Source: Coriobacteriales bacterium
GTDB taxonomy: Bacteria; Actinomycetota; Coriobacteriia; Coriobacteriales; Atopobiaceae
DNA length: 64,000 bases
Assembly: GCA_030529625.1 (NCBI GenBank)
Contig: JAUMWN010000002.1
Span: 6,186 to 70,185 of the forward strand
Direction of reading: 5' to 3'
Below the pieces are notes generated by a model. That model was not told the DNA's origin. It did not search any database and saw only the letters and a program-made list of their open reading frames with translations. Shown here piece after piece: positions 46,760-55,842 of the stretch (position 1 is the stretch's first letter; each line of letters opens with the position of its first letter). A program made the translations under genes and the position numbers.

Positions 46760-47178
46760 GCAAGCCGGACATGTACTTCGACTTCGACCTGTACTACGAC
46801 GAGGCCGGCATCAAGGCCACGGCAGCGTCGAGCTACCTGGCCGCCATCCAGCGGCCAAGCTTTGAGGTGTACGGCGAGCGCGGCACGTTTATAAAGGTCG
46901 AGAAGGACCAACAGGAGCGCGACCTCAAGAAGTTCTACCTGCCGGCCGGCCACGACGACTTTGGCCTGGACACGCCCGAGCAGTACGGTACCCTGCGCTA
47001 CTACGACGAGGACGGCACCTTCCACGAGGAGCGCGTGGAGACGGTGCGCAGCACCTACTCGGCCTTCTACGAGGCACTCTACGAGACAGTTGCCAACGGC
47101 GCGCCCCAGCTCGTCAAGCCGGAGGAGACCATCGCGCAGCTGCGCATCCTGGAGGACGCGACCAAGGATTTGAGGTAA
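46760..47178 (+). pseudogene. 3' fragment of a Gfo/Idh/MocA oxidoreductase
   Basis: Only the C-terminal domain is present (FEVYGERGTFIKVEKDQQE...STYSAFYEALYETVANGAPQLVKPEE). The Rossmann N-terminus is absent, and the repeat element lies upstream. Confidence 0.6.
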
Positions 47179-47182
47179 GACC

Positions 47183-47705
47183 ATGGCAGACAAGACCATC
47201 GCCCCCCAACGAGGCGCGCAAGGCACAAAAGGTGCTGCTGGAGCAGGAGCGCGTGCTGCGCTACGAGAGCTTCGATGCGGTTCGTGCCCTCGAGTTGGGC
47301 ACCATCGCCGCCCGACTCGCGCCCGAATACGACGAGACCTACACCGTCACCATCACGCGCGAGAGCGACGCTGCCACGTGGTTTCAGTGGCTCGCCGATG
47401 ACAAGGGCGAGCGCAACCTCATGTTCGCGGCAGGCAAGCGCAACGCCACCGTGGCGGCGGGCCATGCAAGTCCGTGGCCCCAGCTCGAGGTGCTGGCAAA
47501 CGGGAGGTCGTTGGACGAGGTGTGGGCCAAGGTGCCCGACGAGGTCGCCTCGTGTGGCGCCTTCCCCATCCGTGTGGGCGACGAGTGGGTGGCAACGCTT
47601 GCCGTGAGCGGCCTGCACAACGGACTCGACCATGAGGTCGTGCTGCGTTCGCTGGAGCAGGCACTTGGCAAGAAAGCTCCGCGCTGGGACGCGGATGTTG
47701 CATAG
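47183..47705 (+). pseudogene. UPF0303 / heme-degrading (DUF336-like) protein with an apparent +1 frameshift at a C6 run
   Basis: The ATG at 47183 (RBS GAGG) is in a different frame from the conserved body NEARKAQKVLLEQERVLRYESFD.... Removing one C from 47202-47207 joins them. GTG 47232 is an alternative, weaker start. Confidence 0.6.
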
Positions 47706-47748
47706 GGCAAGTCACAGACGGTAAGGTATACGAAAGAAGGGAACGCAC

Positions 47749-47830
47749 ATGAAGGTTGGCGTCGTGGGAACGGGCATGATTACAAGGATGGTATGCCCCA
47801 ACTTTAGGGACTGGGACATCGGCGTGGCGG
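47749..47830 (+). pseudogene. 5' fragment of a Gfo/Idh/MocA oxidoreductase
   Basis: MKVGVVGTGMITRMVCPNFRDWDIGV is a Rossmann N-terminus with an RBS. It then runs into the GltD-like gene region with no further homology. Confidence 0.45.
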
Positions 47831-47858
47831 CCGGCCCCCGCAAAAGAGAGGAGACACC

Positions 47859-49073
47859 ATGGCACTGCACATCGTCGAGGAGGCGGAGCGCTGCCTCAAC
47901 TGCAAGCGGCCCCAATGCCAGAAGGGGTGTCCCGTCGGCACGGCCATTCCGCTGGTAATCCAGCTCTTCCGCGAGCGCAGGCTGGACGAGGCCGGGGCGC
48001 TGCTGTTCCAAAACAACCCCATGAGCGCGGTGTGCTCGCTCGTGTGCAACCACGGCGCGCAGTGCGAGGGCCACTGCGTGCTGGGGCGCAAGGGCACGCC
48101 CGTGCACTTTAGTGCCATCGAGCACTACGTGTCCAGCGCCTACCTGCATCGCCTGCGCATGGAAAAGCCCGAGCCGTGCGGCAAGCGCGCGGCCGTAATC
48201 GGAGGCGGCCCGGCAGGCCTGGTCGCCGCGCTTAGGCTCGCACAGGTGGGCGTGGACGTGACCATATTCGACGCCAACCCGCGCCTGGGCGGCATCATGC
48301 GCTACGGCATCCCGGAGTACCGCCTGCCCAAGGACGAGATCGACCGCTACCAGGCGCTGCTCGTGAGCCTGGGCGTAAGAATACGCCACAACACCTCCAT
48401 TGGCGCCTCGCTGCTCATAGGCGACCTGTTCCGCGACGGCTACGACGCTGTGTTCGTGGGCACCGGCACCTGGCGCGCGCAGACCCTGGGCGTCGACGGC
48501 GAGGCGGGCGGCAACGTGCTCTTTGGCCTGGACTACCTGAGGAGCCCCCAGACCGCCGAGATAGGCGAGCGCGTGGCCGTGATCGGCGCGGGCAACACGG
48601 CCATGGACGTGGCACGCACGGCGTTTCGCCAGGGGGCCAATGAGGTTACGCTGTACGCGCGGAGCAAGCACGTGTCGGCGAGCTCCGACGAGCTGGAGTT
48701 CGCGCTGCTCGACGGCTGCGAGCTCGTGCAAGGCAAGGCCATCTGCGAGATCAACGAGCGCGGGCCGGTGTTCCGCACGGCCATCTTCGACGAGGACGAC
48801 AAGGTCGTGGGCTACGAGGAGGAGCTGGACCAGGTGGAGTGCGACACGGTGATCGTGGCCGTCTCCCAGAAGCCCAAGAACAAGCTCATCCAGACCACCG
48901 AGGGCTTGGAGGGCGACGAGCGCGGGCTGCTCGTGGTGGACGAGCGCGGCATGTGCACCGTGCCGGGCGTCTTTGCCGCAGGCGACGTGGTGACCGGCCC
49001 CAACACCGTGGTGCACGCCGTTGCCGCCACCAAGGTGGCCGTGGAGGGCATGCTGGAGTACATGAGAGTATGA
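47859..49073 (+). CDS. GltD-like NAD(P)H-dependent FAD/Fe-S oxidoreductase (glutamate synthase small-subunit family)
   Basis: CLNCKRPQCQKGCPVGTAIP, CSLVCNHGAQCEGHC, VIGGGPAGL and RYGIPEYRLPK motifs. Confidence 0.85.
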   Translation: MALHIVEEAERCLNCKRPQCQKGCPVGTAIPLVIQLFRERRLDEAGALLFQNNPMSAVCSLVCNHGAQCEGHCVLGRKGTPVHFSAIEHYVSSAYLHRLRMEKPEPCGKRAAVIGGGPAGLVAALRLAQVGVDVTIFDANPRLGGIMRYGIPEYRLPKDEIDRYQALLVSLGVRIRHNTSIGASLLIGDLFRDGYDAVFVGTGTWRAQTLGVDGEAGGNVLFGLDYLRSPQTAEIGERVAVIGAGNTAMDVARTAFRQGANEVTLYARSKHVSASSDELEFALLDGCELVQGKAICEINERGPVFRTAIFDEDDKVVGYEEELDQVECDTVIVAVSQKPKNKLIQTTEGLEGDERGLLVVDERGMCTVPGVFAAGDVVTGPNTVVHAVAATKVAVEGMLEYMRV

Positions 49074-49077
49074 GCAC

Positions 49078-49380
49078 ATGGCCGTCCTAGAAAGGCTCAG
49101 GCGACAGCAAGGTTTTACCGAAACAGAAAAGGTGCTGGCAGACTACGTCCTTGCGCATGCCGACATGATGGCATGCATGAGCATATCGCAGCTCGCGGAG
49201 GCAACGTACAGCTCCAACGCGAGCATCGTGCGCCTGTGTCGCAAGGTGGGCATCGACGGGTACCGCACCTTTAGGATGGAGGTCGTCTCCGAGCTGGAGC
49301 GTCAGCGGTCGCGCACCTGGACCGAGAGCATGGAGGCACGCGAGCGTTACAAACAGAGTACCTTGGCCGGTCTTGAGTAA
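49078..49380 (+). CDS. RpiR/MurR-family HTH domain only (SIS domain missing)
   Basis: FTETEKVLADYVL...SISQLAEATYSSNASIVRLCRKVGIDGYRTFRM. The protein ends at 100 aa. Confidence 0.65.
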   Translation: MAVLERLRRQQGFTETEKVLADYVLAHADMMACMSISQLAEATYSSNASIVRLCRKVGIDGYRTFRMEVVSELERQRSRTWTESMEARERYKQSTLAGLE

Positions 49381-49398
49381 CGCTGCGAAGCAAAACTC

Positions 49399-49893
49399 CT
49401 AATGGATACTCGTCCCGATGGCTTGGGCCTCTTCCTCCTTGCCGGCACCAAGGACGGTGCCGAGGTCGGTCCAGCCGAGGAACTTGGTGAGAATGCCGTA
49501 GAAGTCGAGGGCCATGGTGTAGTCGCTGCCGCGTGCAGTCATGAGCAAAGTGCACTGCTTTTGCAGGCTCTGCCAACCAATCTGGTTGCCCAGGGCGAAG
49601 AGCCTGTCGAATACCACCTTGCGCTGGCCAGTGATGGTGCCCCAGAACACGACGACGTCAGCCCAAAGCACATCATCGTAGATGGTTGCCATGCCCTCGT
49701 CCTTCTGCACGCATCCGGCATGGGTCCTAAGGCACGAATCGCACCCGATGCACGGCTTGATGCCCATCGATGTGATGCAGTCCTCTCTGACCTCGTTGCC
49801 GCCCTGCCTGGCCCCCTCGATGAGCGCGTTCATCAGCGAGGCGGTAGCACCGTTCTTCCGGGGCGATCCATTGAGGATAAGCACGCTCGACAT
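49399..49893 (-). CDS. Flavodoxin-like fold / iron-sulfur flavoprotein-type NADPH-dependent FMN reductase
   Basis: MSSVLILNGSPRKNGATASL...CIGCDSC... Confidence 0.8.
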   Translation of the reverse strand: MSSVLILNGSPRKNGATASLMNALIEGARQGGNEVREDCITSMGIKPCIGCDSCLRTHAGCVQKDEGMATIYDDVLWADVVVFWGTITGQRKVVFDRLFALGNQIGWQSLQKQCTLLMTARGSDYTMALDFYGILTKFLGWTDLGTVLGAGKEEEAQAIGTSIH

Positions 49894-50082
49894 CTCGTCT
49901 CCTTCCCGTGGGGCCGCTTCTCATACACTCACACAGTATAGGGCGCAGGGTTATAGGAAGCATGGCCCATCGAGCCGCGAACTCAAGCCTGATTGGGGTA
50001 ACGGAGTGGACGCGCACATGCGCACGTCGGACCGACGCCGCCCCACATCCTGCGTTGGCCAGCATGATGTCCGTTTAGAGAA

Positions 50083-50245
50083 AATAGTTGCCAATCGACG
50101 GAGACACTCCAGGCTCCATCTGGGATATGTCCGATATTTATGTGACGATTGGCAACTGGCTAAAATACGCAGTTGCCAATCGTCACATAAATTACGGTAG
50201 AATCCCAGTTGGCATCACAAACAAGCGCGTCGATTGGCAACTATT
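50083..50245. repeat. AT-rich nested inverted-repeat island with four copies of GTTGCCAATCG
   Basis: Outer arms are 50083-50100 and 50228-50245 (18 bp, perfect). Inner arms are 50136-50158 and 50170-50192 (23 bp, perfect), with spacer GCTAAAATACG. The core TCCCAGTTGGCAT lies at 50203-50215. Confidence 0.8.
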
Positions 50246-50506
50246 CTGCGGTTTGCGCGACGCTCAGCAATCTTGGCGTGAGCTAATTCCCATACAAGCA
50301 TGCAACCGCCCACGTCTTGATAAGCATTGCGCAACATGCACTCCGCCCCGTCCGTCATACCCGAGATATTGGCACTTCTTTTTTCAGCGGATGTGGGCAA
50401 ACCCGCGTGGTGTACGAAACAAACTTCCCGTCTACCCGGACGCGACTCGTTGGGCGCGCTCTGTGGCCTAGTGTGGAATTGTCAGCCACACCAATCGAGG
50501 GAGCGT

Positions 50507-50612
50507 GAAAGCCATACAGGACATCGCCGATGCCGTCGTGTTCGTGTGCAAGCAGTCCGCCCGCACAAGCCGCGTGATGGAGATGAGCCTGGCCCCCATG
50601 GTGGGCAACTAA
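50507..50612 (+). pseudogene. Possible 3' remnant of an SDR oxidoreductase
   Basis: ...AIQDIADAVVFVCKQSARTSRVMEMSLAPMVGN* resembles an SDR C-terminus. There is no intact upstream ORF. Confidence 0.35.
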
Positions 50613-50645
50613 TATCATCGAGGCAGCAACAGGAAAGGGAATGTC

Positions 50646-50978
50646 ATGAACACTAACCATGTAGAGCGGGCGCATTCTATTCACAGCACCGGACGCAGCT
50701 GCTCCACCTCCGTCTACCAGGCGTTTGCCGACGTTAACCGCGCGGGAGGAACTGCGTCTGCACCACGCAGCATCGAGGGCAAGTGCGGGGCACTGCTGGC
50801 GGCACGACAGGTGCTGGCCGACATGGGCGTCGACGCTCAGGACGATCTCGAGCGCCGCTTTAGGGAGAGGTTCGGCCACGTGCGGTGCGACGAGCTGCTG
50901 CGCACGCGCTTTGCATGCGGCGAGTTCGTGGTCGAGGCTGCGCGTCTGGTGGACGAGTACCTAGGCGCAACGACGTAA
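50646..50978 (+). CDS. C_GCAxxG_C_C family protein
   Basis: CSTSVYQAF...GKCGALLAA...CDELL...CGEFV. Confidence 0.65.
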   Translation: MNTNHVERAHSIHSTGRSCSTSVYQAFADVNRAGGTASAPRSIEGKCGALLAARQVLADMGVDAQDDLERRFRERFGHVRCDELLRTRFACGEFVVEAARLVDEYLGATT

Positions 50979-51006
50979 GGTTTTTCGGATGACAAGGAGC
51001 AACGCC

Positions 51007-51633
51007 ATGGCAGACGCGAACAACATGACCGAGGCACAAAAGATGGAAGCTGGGCTGGAGTAACGACGCTTCACCGACCGGGAGCTGGGCGGGCGGCGGC
51101 ACAACGCCATCACCACCGTGGAGCGCTACAATGCCATCGGCGCGCTGGACTTCGCCGAGCAGGAGCGCTTCGTGGCTGAGGAGCTGTTTGGCTCGGCCGG
51201 CGTGGGTGCCTCCGTGCAGCAGGGTTTCAACTGCGACAACGGGCGCAACATCCACGTGGGCGACCACCTCATCATCAACTACGGCTGCACCATCCTGGAC
51301 GTGGCGGAGGTCACCATGGGCGACTGGGTGATGATCGGACCGCACGTGCTTATCTCCACCGTCAACCACCCGCTCTCCCCGCGCGGGCGGCGCAACCGCC
51401 TGGGTGTGGCCGCGCCCGTGCGTATTGGCGATGACGTGTGGGTAGGTGGGCACGCCACGATCCTGCCCGGCGTGACCATTGGCGACGGCGCCGTAGTGGC
51501 GGCGGGGGCCGTGGTCACGCACGATGTGCCTCCCTACACCGTGGTCGCCGGCGTGCCGGCCCGCGTGATCCAGCAGATCGAGAACGACCTCGGCGGCTGG
51601 GTGGAGGACGAGCTGCTGGAGCAAGAGGCTTAG
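51007..51633 (+). pseudogene. maa: Maltose/galactoside O-acetyltransferase (left-handed beta-helix) interrupted by an in-frame TAA
   Basis: MADANNMTEAQKMEAGLE-TAA(51061-51063)[12 protein letters not shown]...ERYNA is one continuous frame. Hexapeptide repeats and [10 protein letters not shown] follow. Confidence 0.7.
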
Positions 51634-51811
51634 GGACGCGATTTTGCCAAGTGGATAGGCTCCCGTCCATCTCGCACACGCGACACATCTTAGCTGGAAC
51701 CCGCCGTCTGCGACCCCAGCTCACTGCCTTCGTGGATGCGTGGTGTCCGTCCTTCTGCGTTCGTGTCATAATAATTGTAAGTATATACGCACGTGGGGAG
51801 AGGAGAGCCGC

Positions 51812-53794
51812 ATGTACGAGAAACTGTTCGAGACCGTAACGATCAACGGCATGGAGGTACCCAACCGCCTGGTGTTTGAGCCCATGGGCAACTACTACGC
51901 CGAGCTCAACGGCGACGCCAGCCAGCGTGACTGTGACTTCTACGCCGCACGCGGCGCCGGTGGCTGTGGCCTCGTGATTACCGAAATCTGCTCGGTCAAC
52001 CGCACGACTGGTCGCGGCGACGCCCGCAACCTGATTATCGACAACGACGAAGCCATCCCCAGCTTCCGGCGCATGGCCCAGGCCACGCAGGCCACGGGTG
52101 CCAAGTTTGCGGTAGAGATCTATCACCCTGGCTGCCAGGGCGTCCCGGCCCTGTGCGAGGATGGCATGACCGTGAGCCCCTCTGGCCAGGAGTCCAAGCT
52201 CACCCATGCCCCCACGCGCGCACTCGAGCACAACGAGGTGCTGGCGATTATCGACGACTTTATTCAGGCGGGCATTCGTGTGTGGAAGAGTGGTGCGGAT
52301 GCCGTCGAGCTGCACGCCGCGCACGGCTACCTGCTCTGCCAGTTCCTCTCGCCCTACACCAACCACCGCGACGACGAGTTTGGCGGTACGACAGAGGGCC
52401 GCGCGGAAATCATGCGGCGCATCATAGCGGGCATACGCGAGGGCACCGCACCCGACTTTCCCATCATCGTACGCCTGACGGCCGACGAATACCTACGTTG
52501 CCTGGGCATCGACGACGGCATTACACTGCCGCTGGCCGTGGAGTACTGCAAGCTGTTTGAGGCATGGGGTGCCGACGCGATTGACGTCTCGGCTGGCAAC
52601 TACGAGACCATGAACTGGGCGTGGGAGCCCGTGGGCTTCGATGAGGGCTGGAAGAGCATAAACGGCAAGACCATCGCCGCCGCCGTGAGCATTCCCGTTA
52701 TTGCCTGCTCGGTCGTGCGCCACCCCCAAACCGCGATGGATCTTATTGAAGGCGGCGTGTCCATGGTGGGCTCCGCTCGCCAGTTCTTCGCTGATCCCTG
52801 CTGGGGCAAAAAGGTCCGGACGGGCCACGACGAGCAGATTCGTCCCTGCATAAGCTGCATGCGCTGCATCGAGAGCCTCATGGCCGCCCACGAGGACCCG
52901 TTTACCCCCATGGTTTGCTCGGTGAACCCCGAGGCCGGGCGTGAGTGCGACCTTGCGCCGCTAGAGAAGGACGGCGACGGCCGCAAGGTCGTGGTCGTGG
53001 GCTCTGGCCCGGCGGGACTCGAGGCGGCAAAGGTCCTGTCGAGGCGCGGCTTTAACGTCGTGGTGCTCGAGCGTGCCGATCGCGTAGGTGGTCAGCTGGT
53101 GTTTGCCGCCAAGCCGCCCAAAAAGTGGCGTCTGGACTGGCTTATCGAGTACTACATGACCGTCCTTACGGGTGCGGAGGCCGCAGGGTATGGCAAGGTC
53201 GAGCTACGTTGTGGCGTGGAGGCCACGGCCGATGTGATTGCTGCTGAGAAGCCCGTGGCGGTGATATGGGCTGCCGGCTCCGAGCCCGTAAAGCCCGCAT
53301 CGATTCCGGGGCTGGACAGCGAGTTCGTGCTCACACCGCCCGAGGCGATCATGGCGAACCCGCCACTGACCGGCGAGAACGTGGTGGTCGTGGGCAGCGG
53401 TATGACCGGCATCGAGGTAGCCGAGATGCTCTCCTCCAAGCAGGACTGCCATGTGGAGCTCTACGAGATGGTCGAGCAGATTGGCCCGGGCATTTTCTTC
53501 CAAAACATGATTGACATCATGGGCCGCCTGGGCGTAACCGACACGGGCATGCATCCTGGCCACAAGCTGCTTGAGGTCGCCGACAAGGTCGCCGTGTTCC
53601 AGACTCCCGACGGCGAGCGCGTGGAGGCGCCGTTCGATCACCTGGTACTGAGCCTGGGCATGAGGCCAAACACCGCGCCCGCATGGACCGAGGAGCTGGG
53701 CGTACCCGTGCTGGTTGCCGGCGATTCCGCTGGCGTCGGCCGTATTCAGGAGGCCGTGACTGGCGGCTGCGACACCGCTCGCTCCGTGAGGTAA
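51812..53794 (+). CDS. OYE-domain + 4Fe-4S + FAD/NAD(P) oxidoreductase (2,4-dienoyl-CoA reductase / BaiH / ene-reductase-like)
   Basis: TIM-barrel motif HAAHGYLLCQFLSP, cluster motif CISCMRC...C and the dinucleotide fold VVVGSGPAGLEAA. 660 aa. Confidence 0.85.
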   Translation: MYEKLFETVTINGMEVPNRLVFEPMGNYYAELNGDASQRDCDFYAARGAGGCGLVITEICSVNRTTGRGDARNLIIDNDEAIPSFRRMAQATQATGAKFAVEIYHPGCQGVPALCEDGMTVSPSGQESKLTHAPTRALEHNEVLAIIDDFIQAGIRVWKSGADAVELHAAHGYLLCQFLSPYTNHRDDEFGGTTEGRAEIMRRIIAGIREGTAPDFPIIVRLTADEYLRCLGIDDGITLPLAVEYCKLFEAWGADAIDVSAGNYETMNWAWEPVGFDEGWKSINGKTIAAAVSIPVIACSVVRHPQTAMDLIEGGVSMVGSARQFFADPCWGKKVRTGHDEQIRPCISCMRCIESLMAAHEDPFTPMVCSVNPEAGRECDLAPLEKDGDGRKVVVVGSGPAGLEAAKVLSRRGFNVVVLERADRVGGQLVFAAKPPKKWRLDWLIEYYMTVLTGAEAAGYGKVELRCGVEATADVIAAEKPVAVIWAAGSEPVKPASIPGLDSEFVLTPPEAIMANPPLTGENVVVVGSGMTGIEVAEMLSSKQDCHVELYEMVEQIGPGIFFQNMIDIMGRLGVTDTGMHPGHKLLEVADKVAVFQTPDGERVEAPFDHLVLSLGMRPNTAPAWTEELGVPVLVAGDSAGVGRIQEAVTGGCDTARSVR

Positions 53795-53847
53795 TACGTA
53801 TGAAAGGGGGCAGGCTGTTTCGGCATCCTGCCCCGCGGGCGCTTTCA

Positions 53848-53996
53848 GTTGGAATCGCGAGTCGTGCCACGGCGGGTGGCTTTTCTGCTGGGATTGCGAG
53901 TCGTGCCACGGAATCTGTTGAAATCTCGAGTGGTGCCAGGCATCTGGCACGACTCGAGATTCCAGCAGATCCCGTGGCACCACTCGAATTCTCAGC
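53848..53996. repeat. Second copy of the GCGAGTCGTGCCAC composite element
   Basis: Colinear with 46411-46587 but lacking one unit. It abuts the 3' end of the dehydrogenase gene. Confidence 0.75.
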
Positions 53997-54906
53997 CCAC
54001 GAACTCCCGCACGTGGTCGATGGCCATGCGGGCGCGCGCGTCGAGCGCCTCCTGCGTGGCAAAACCAATGTGCGGCGCGATCACCGTGTTGGGCACACGC
54101 AGGATGGGCAGATTGGGATCGAAGGGAGGCTCGGTATCGAGCACGTCGAGGCCGGCGCCCGCGATACGGCCCTCCTCGAGCGCCGCCGCCAACGCGTCGT
54201 TGTCCACGACCGCCCCGCGGGCGGTGTTGATGAGAATGGCACTCGGCCTCATAAGGGCGATCTGCTCCGCCCCAACCATGTGGAAGGTTTCGGGCACGGA
54301 CGGCACATGGACGCTGAGCACGTCGCTCGCCACGCAGAGCTCGTCGAGCCCGACGTAGGTCACGCCGTCGAGAGGCCGCTGGGTGCGCGCGAAGCACAGA
54401 AGCCCCATCCCAAAGGCACGTCCCAACTCCATCACGCGTTGCGCTATGGCGCCGTTGCCAATAACGCCCAGCGTCTTTCCGTACAGCTCGCGAAAAGCGA
54501 GGCCGCCCTTGTCACCGCCCGTGCGCGAGCGCCGGTCACACTCCGGGAGGTGCCGGTAGAGCGAGAGCATCAGGCCGAAGGCCTCCTCGGCCACCGCCTC
54601 GGTGGAATAGCCTGCGCAGTTGATCACTCGTATGCCGTGCCTCTCGCAATAGCCCAGGTCCACATGGTCCAGTCCCGTAAAGGCCACGGAAAGTAGTCGC
54701 AAGTCCGGCGCCGCCCGCAGCACCTCGGCCGTCACCGGCGCGTTGGCCACCACGATGGCGTCGGCTCCAGCCGCGCGCTTGGCCAGCACGGCTGGATCCA
54801 CACTGCGCTCGGCGTAGTATTCGTACGTACAGCCCTTCAGCTGACCCATCAGCTCGTGTATCAACGCCTCGTCCACACCCAAGGGCTCGATGATCTTTAC
54901 GTTCAT
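53992..54906 (-). CDS. D-isomer-specific 2-hydroxyacid dehydrogenase
   Basis: GVIGNGAIAQ NAD fold, LINTARG, and the catalytic region PHIGFAT. Confidence 0.85.
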   Translation of the reverse strand: MNVKIIEPLGVDEALIHELMGQLKGCTYEYYAERSVDPAVLAKRAAGADAIVVANAPVTAEVLRAAPDLRLLSVAFTGLDHVDLGYCERHGIRVINCAGYSTEAVAEEAFGLMLSLYRHLPECDRRSRTGGDKGGLAFRELYGKTLGVIGNGAIAQRVMELGRAFGMGLLCFARTQRPLDGVTYVGLDELCVASDVLSVHVPSVPETFHMVGAEQIALMRPSAILINTARGAVVDNDALAAALEEGRIAGAGLDVLDTEPPFDPNLPILRVPNTVIAPHIGFATQEALDARARMAIDHVREFVG

Positions 54907-55006
54907 CGCACGCTCCCTTCCAGTGGCCCTGCCACTGCGTCACAATCCAACGAAGCGCCTTGTCCCGCGCGATGCACAGGTGCGCCCCGCCCAAGTTGGG
55001 GCGTCC

Positions 55007-55579
55007 CTACTTCATGAACACCTTACCTTCGCTCCACGCCTTTCCGACCCTCTCGCCCAGCTTGTAGTAGCTGTTGCTGAAGGACTCGTAGAAGATCATC
55101 CCGATCTTCCCCGTGTCGATCTTGCCGTCCTCGCCCAGCACGGACTCGTCCGCAGCCATGTTCACCACCCTGGCAAGAACCGTCGTGAAGTTCCCCGTCT
55201 CGACGAACTCGATGAGCTCGCACTCTATGACCACGGGGCTACCGACGATGATGGGGGCGTCCACGTGCTCGCTCCTCACGGCCCTCAGTCCCGTCCTCTC
55301 GAACTTGTCAGGCACCTTGTACCCGGAGACCGTCCCCAGGTAGTCGACCTCCCTCATCAGCGACTCGTTGGCGAGGGTGAGGGTGAACGCGCGCCTCTTC
55401 TCGATGTTCTCGTGGGTCTTCTTTGGCTTGCCGATGCAGCACGCCAGGTCACCGGCGTTGGTCCTCGCCACCTCGTGCAGGTTCATCACGTTTACCGTGC
55501 CGTCGTCGTTGTACGTTGCCGCCATCAGCACCGGGGACGCATACCCGTAAGAGAACGCTCTCGCTCCCAGGTCCTTCAT
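55007..55579 (-). CDS. Flavin reductase-like (FMN-binding split barrel) protein
   Basis: MKDLGARAF start follows GAGGAG. It includes PVLMAATYNDDGTVNVM. Confidence 0.75.
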   Translation of the reverse strand: MKDLGARAFSYGYASPVLMAATYNDDGTVNVMNLHEVARTNAGDLACCIGKPKKTHENIEKRRAFTLTLANESLMREVDYLGTVSGYKVPDKFERTGLRAVRSEHVDAPIIVGSPVVIECELIEFVETGNFTTVLARVVNMAADESVLGEDGKIDTGKIGMIFYESFSNSYYKLGERVGKAWSEGKVFMK

Positions 55580-55842
55580 TCTTACGCGCTCCTCAGGTCG
55601 AAGCATTTAGGCCAAAACCCATTCTTAGCTTGGCGACCATTCTACGACACGTGCGGGGTTGTGACAGGGACGGATATCGTTCGCGAAGGACAATGGCGCA
55701 AAACAATTGCTCGCTTCTCCAATAGCCGAAAGGTATCGCCCGCTAGAGAGTGCGCCACCTATCATAACTACGTAGTGGTCCCGTTGCTCCTTCCCATACG
55801 GAGTGTGATTGGTCAGTTGGAGACGTAATCAAGGAGGATACC

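Noticed and set aside
50088-50471. 127-aa ORF spanning the nested inverted repeats
   Set aside because: It runs straight through perfect palindromes and AT-rich spacer. It has no RBS and no recognisable domain, and the region otherwise contains gene remnants.
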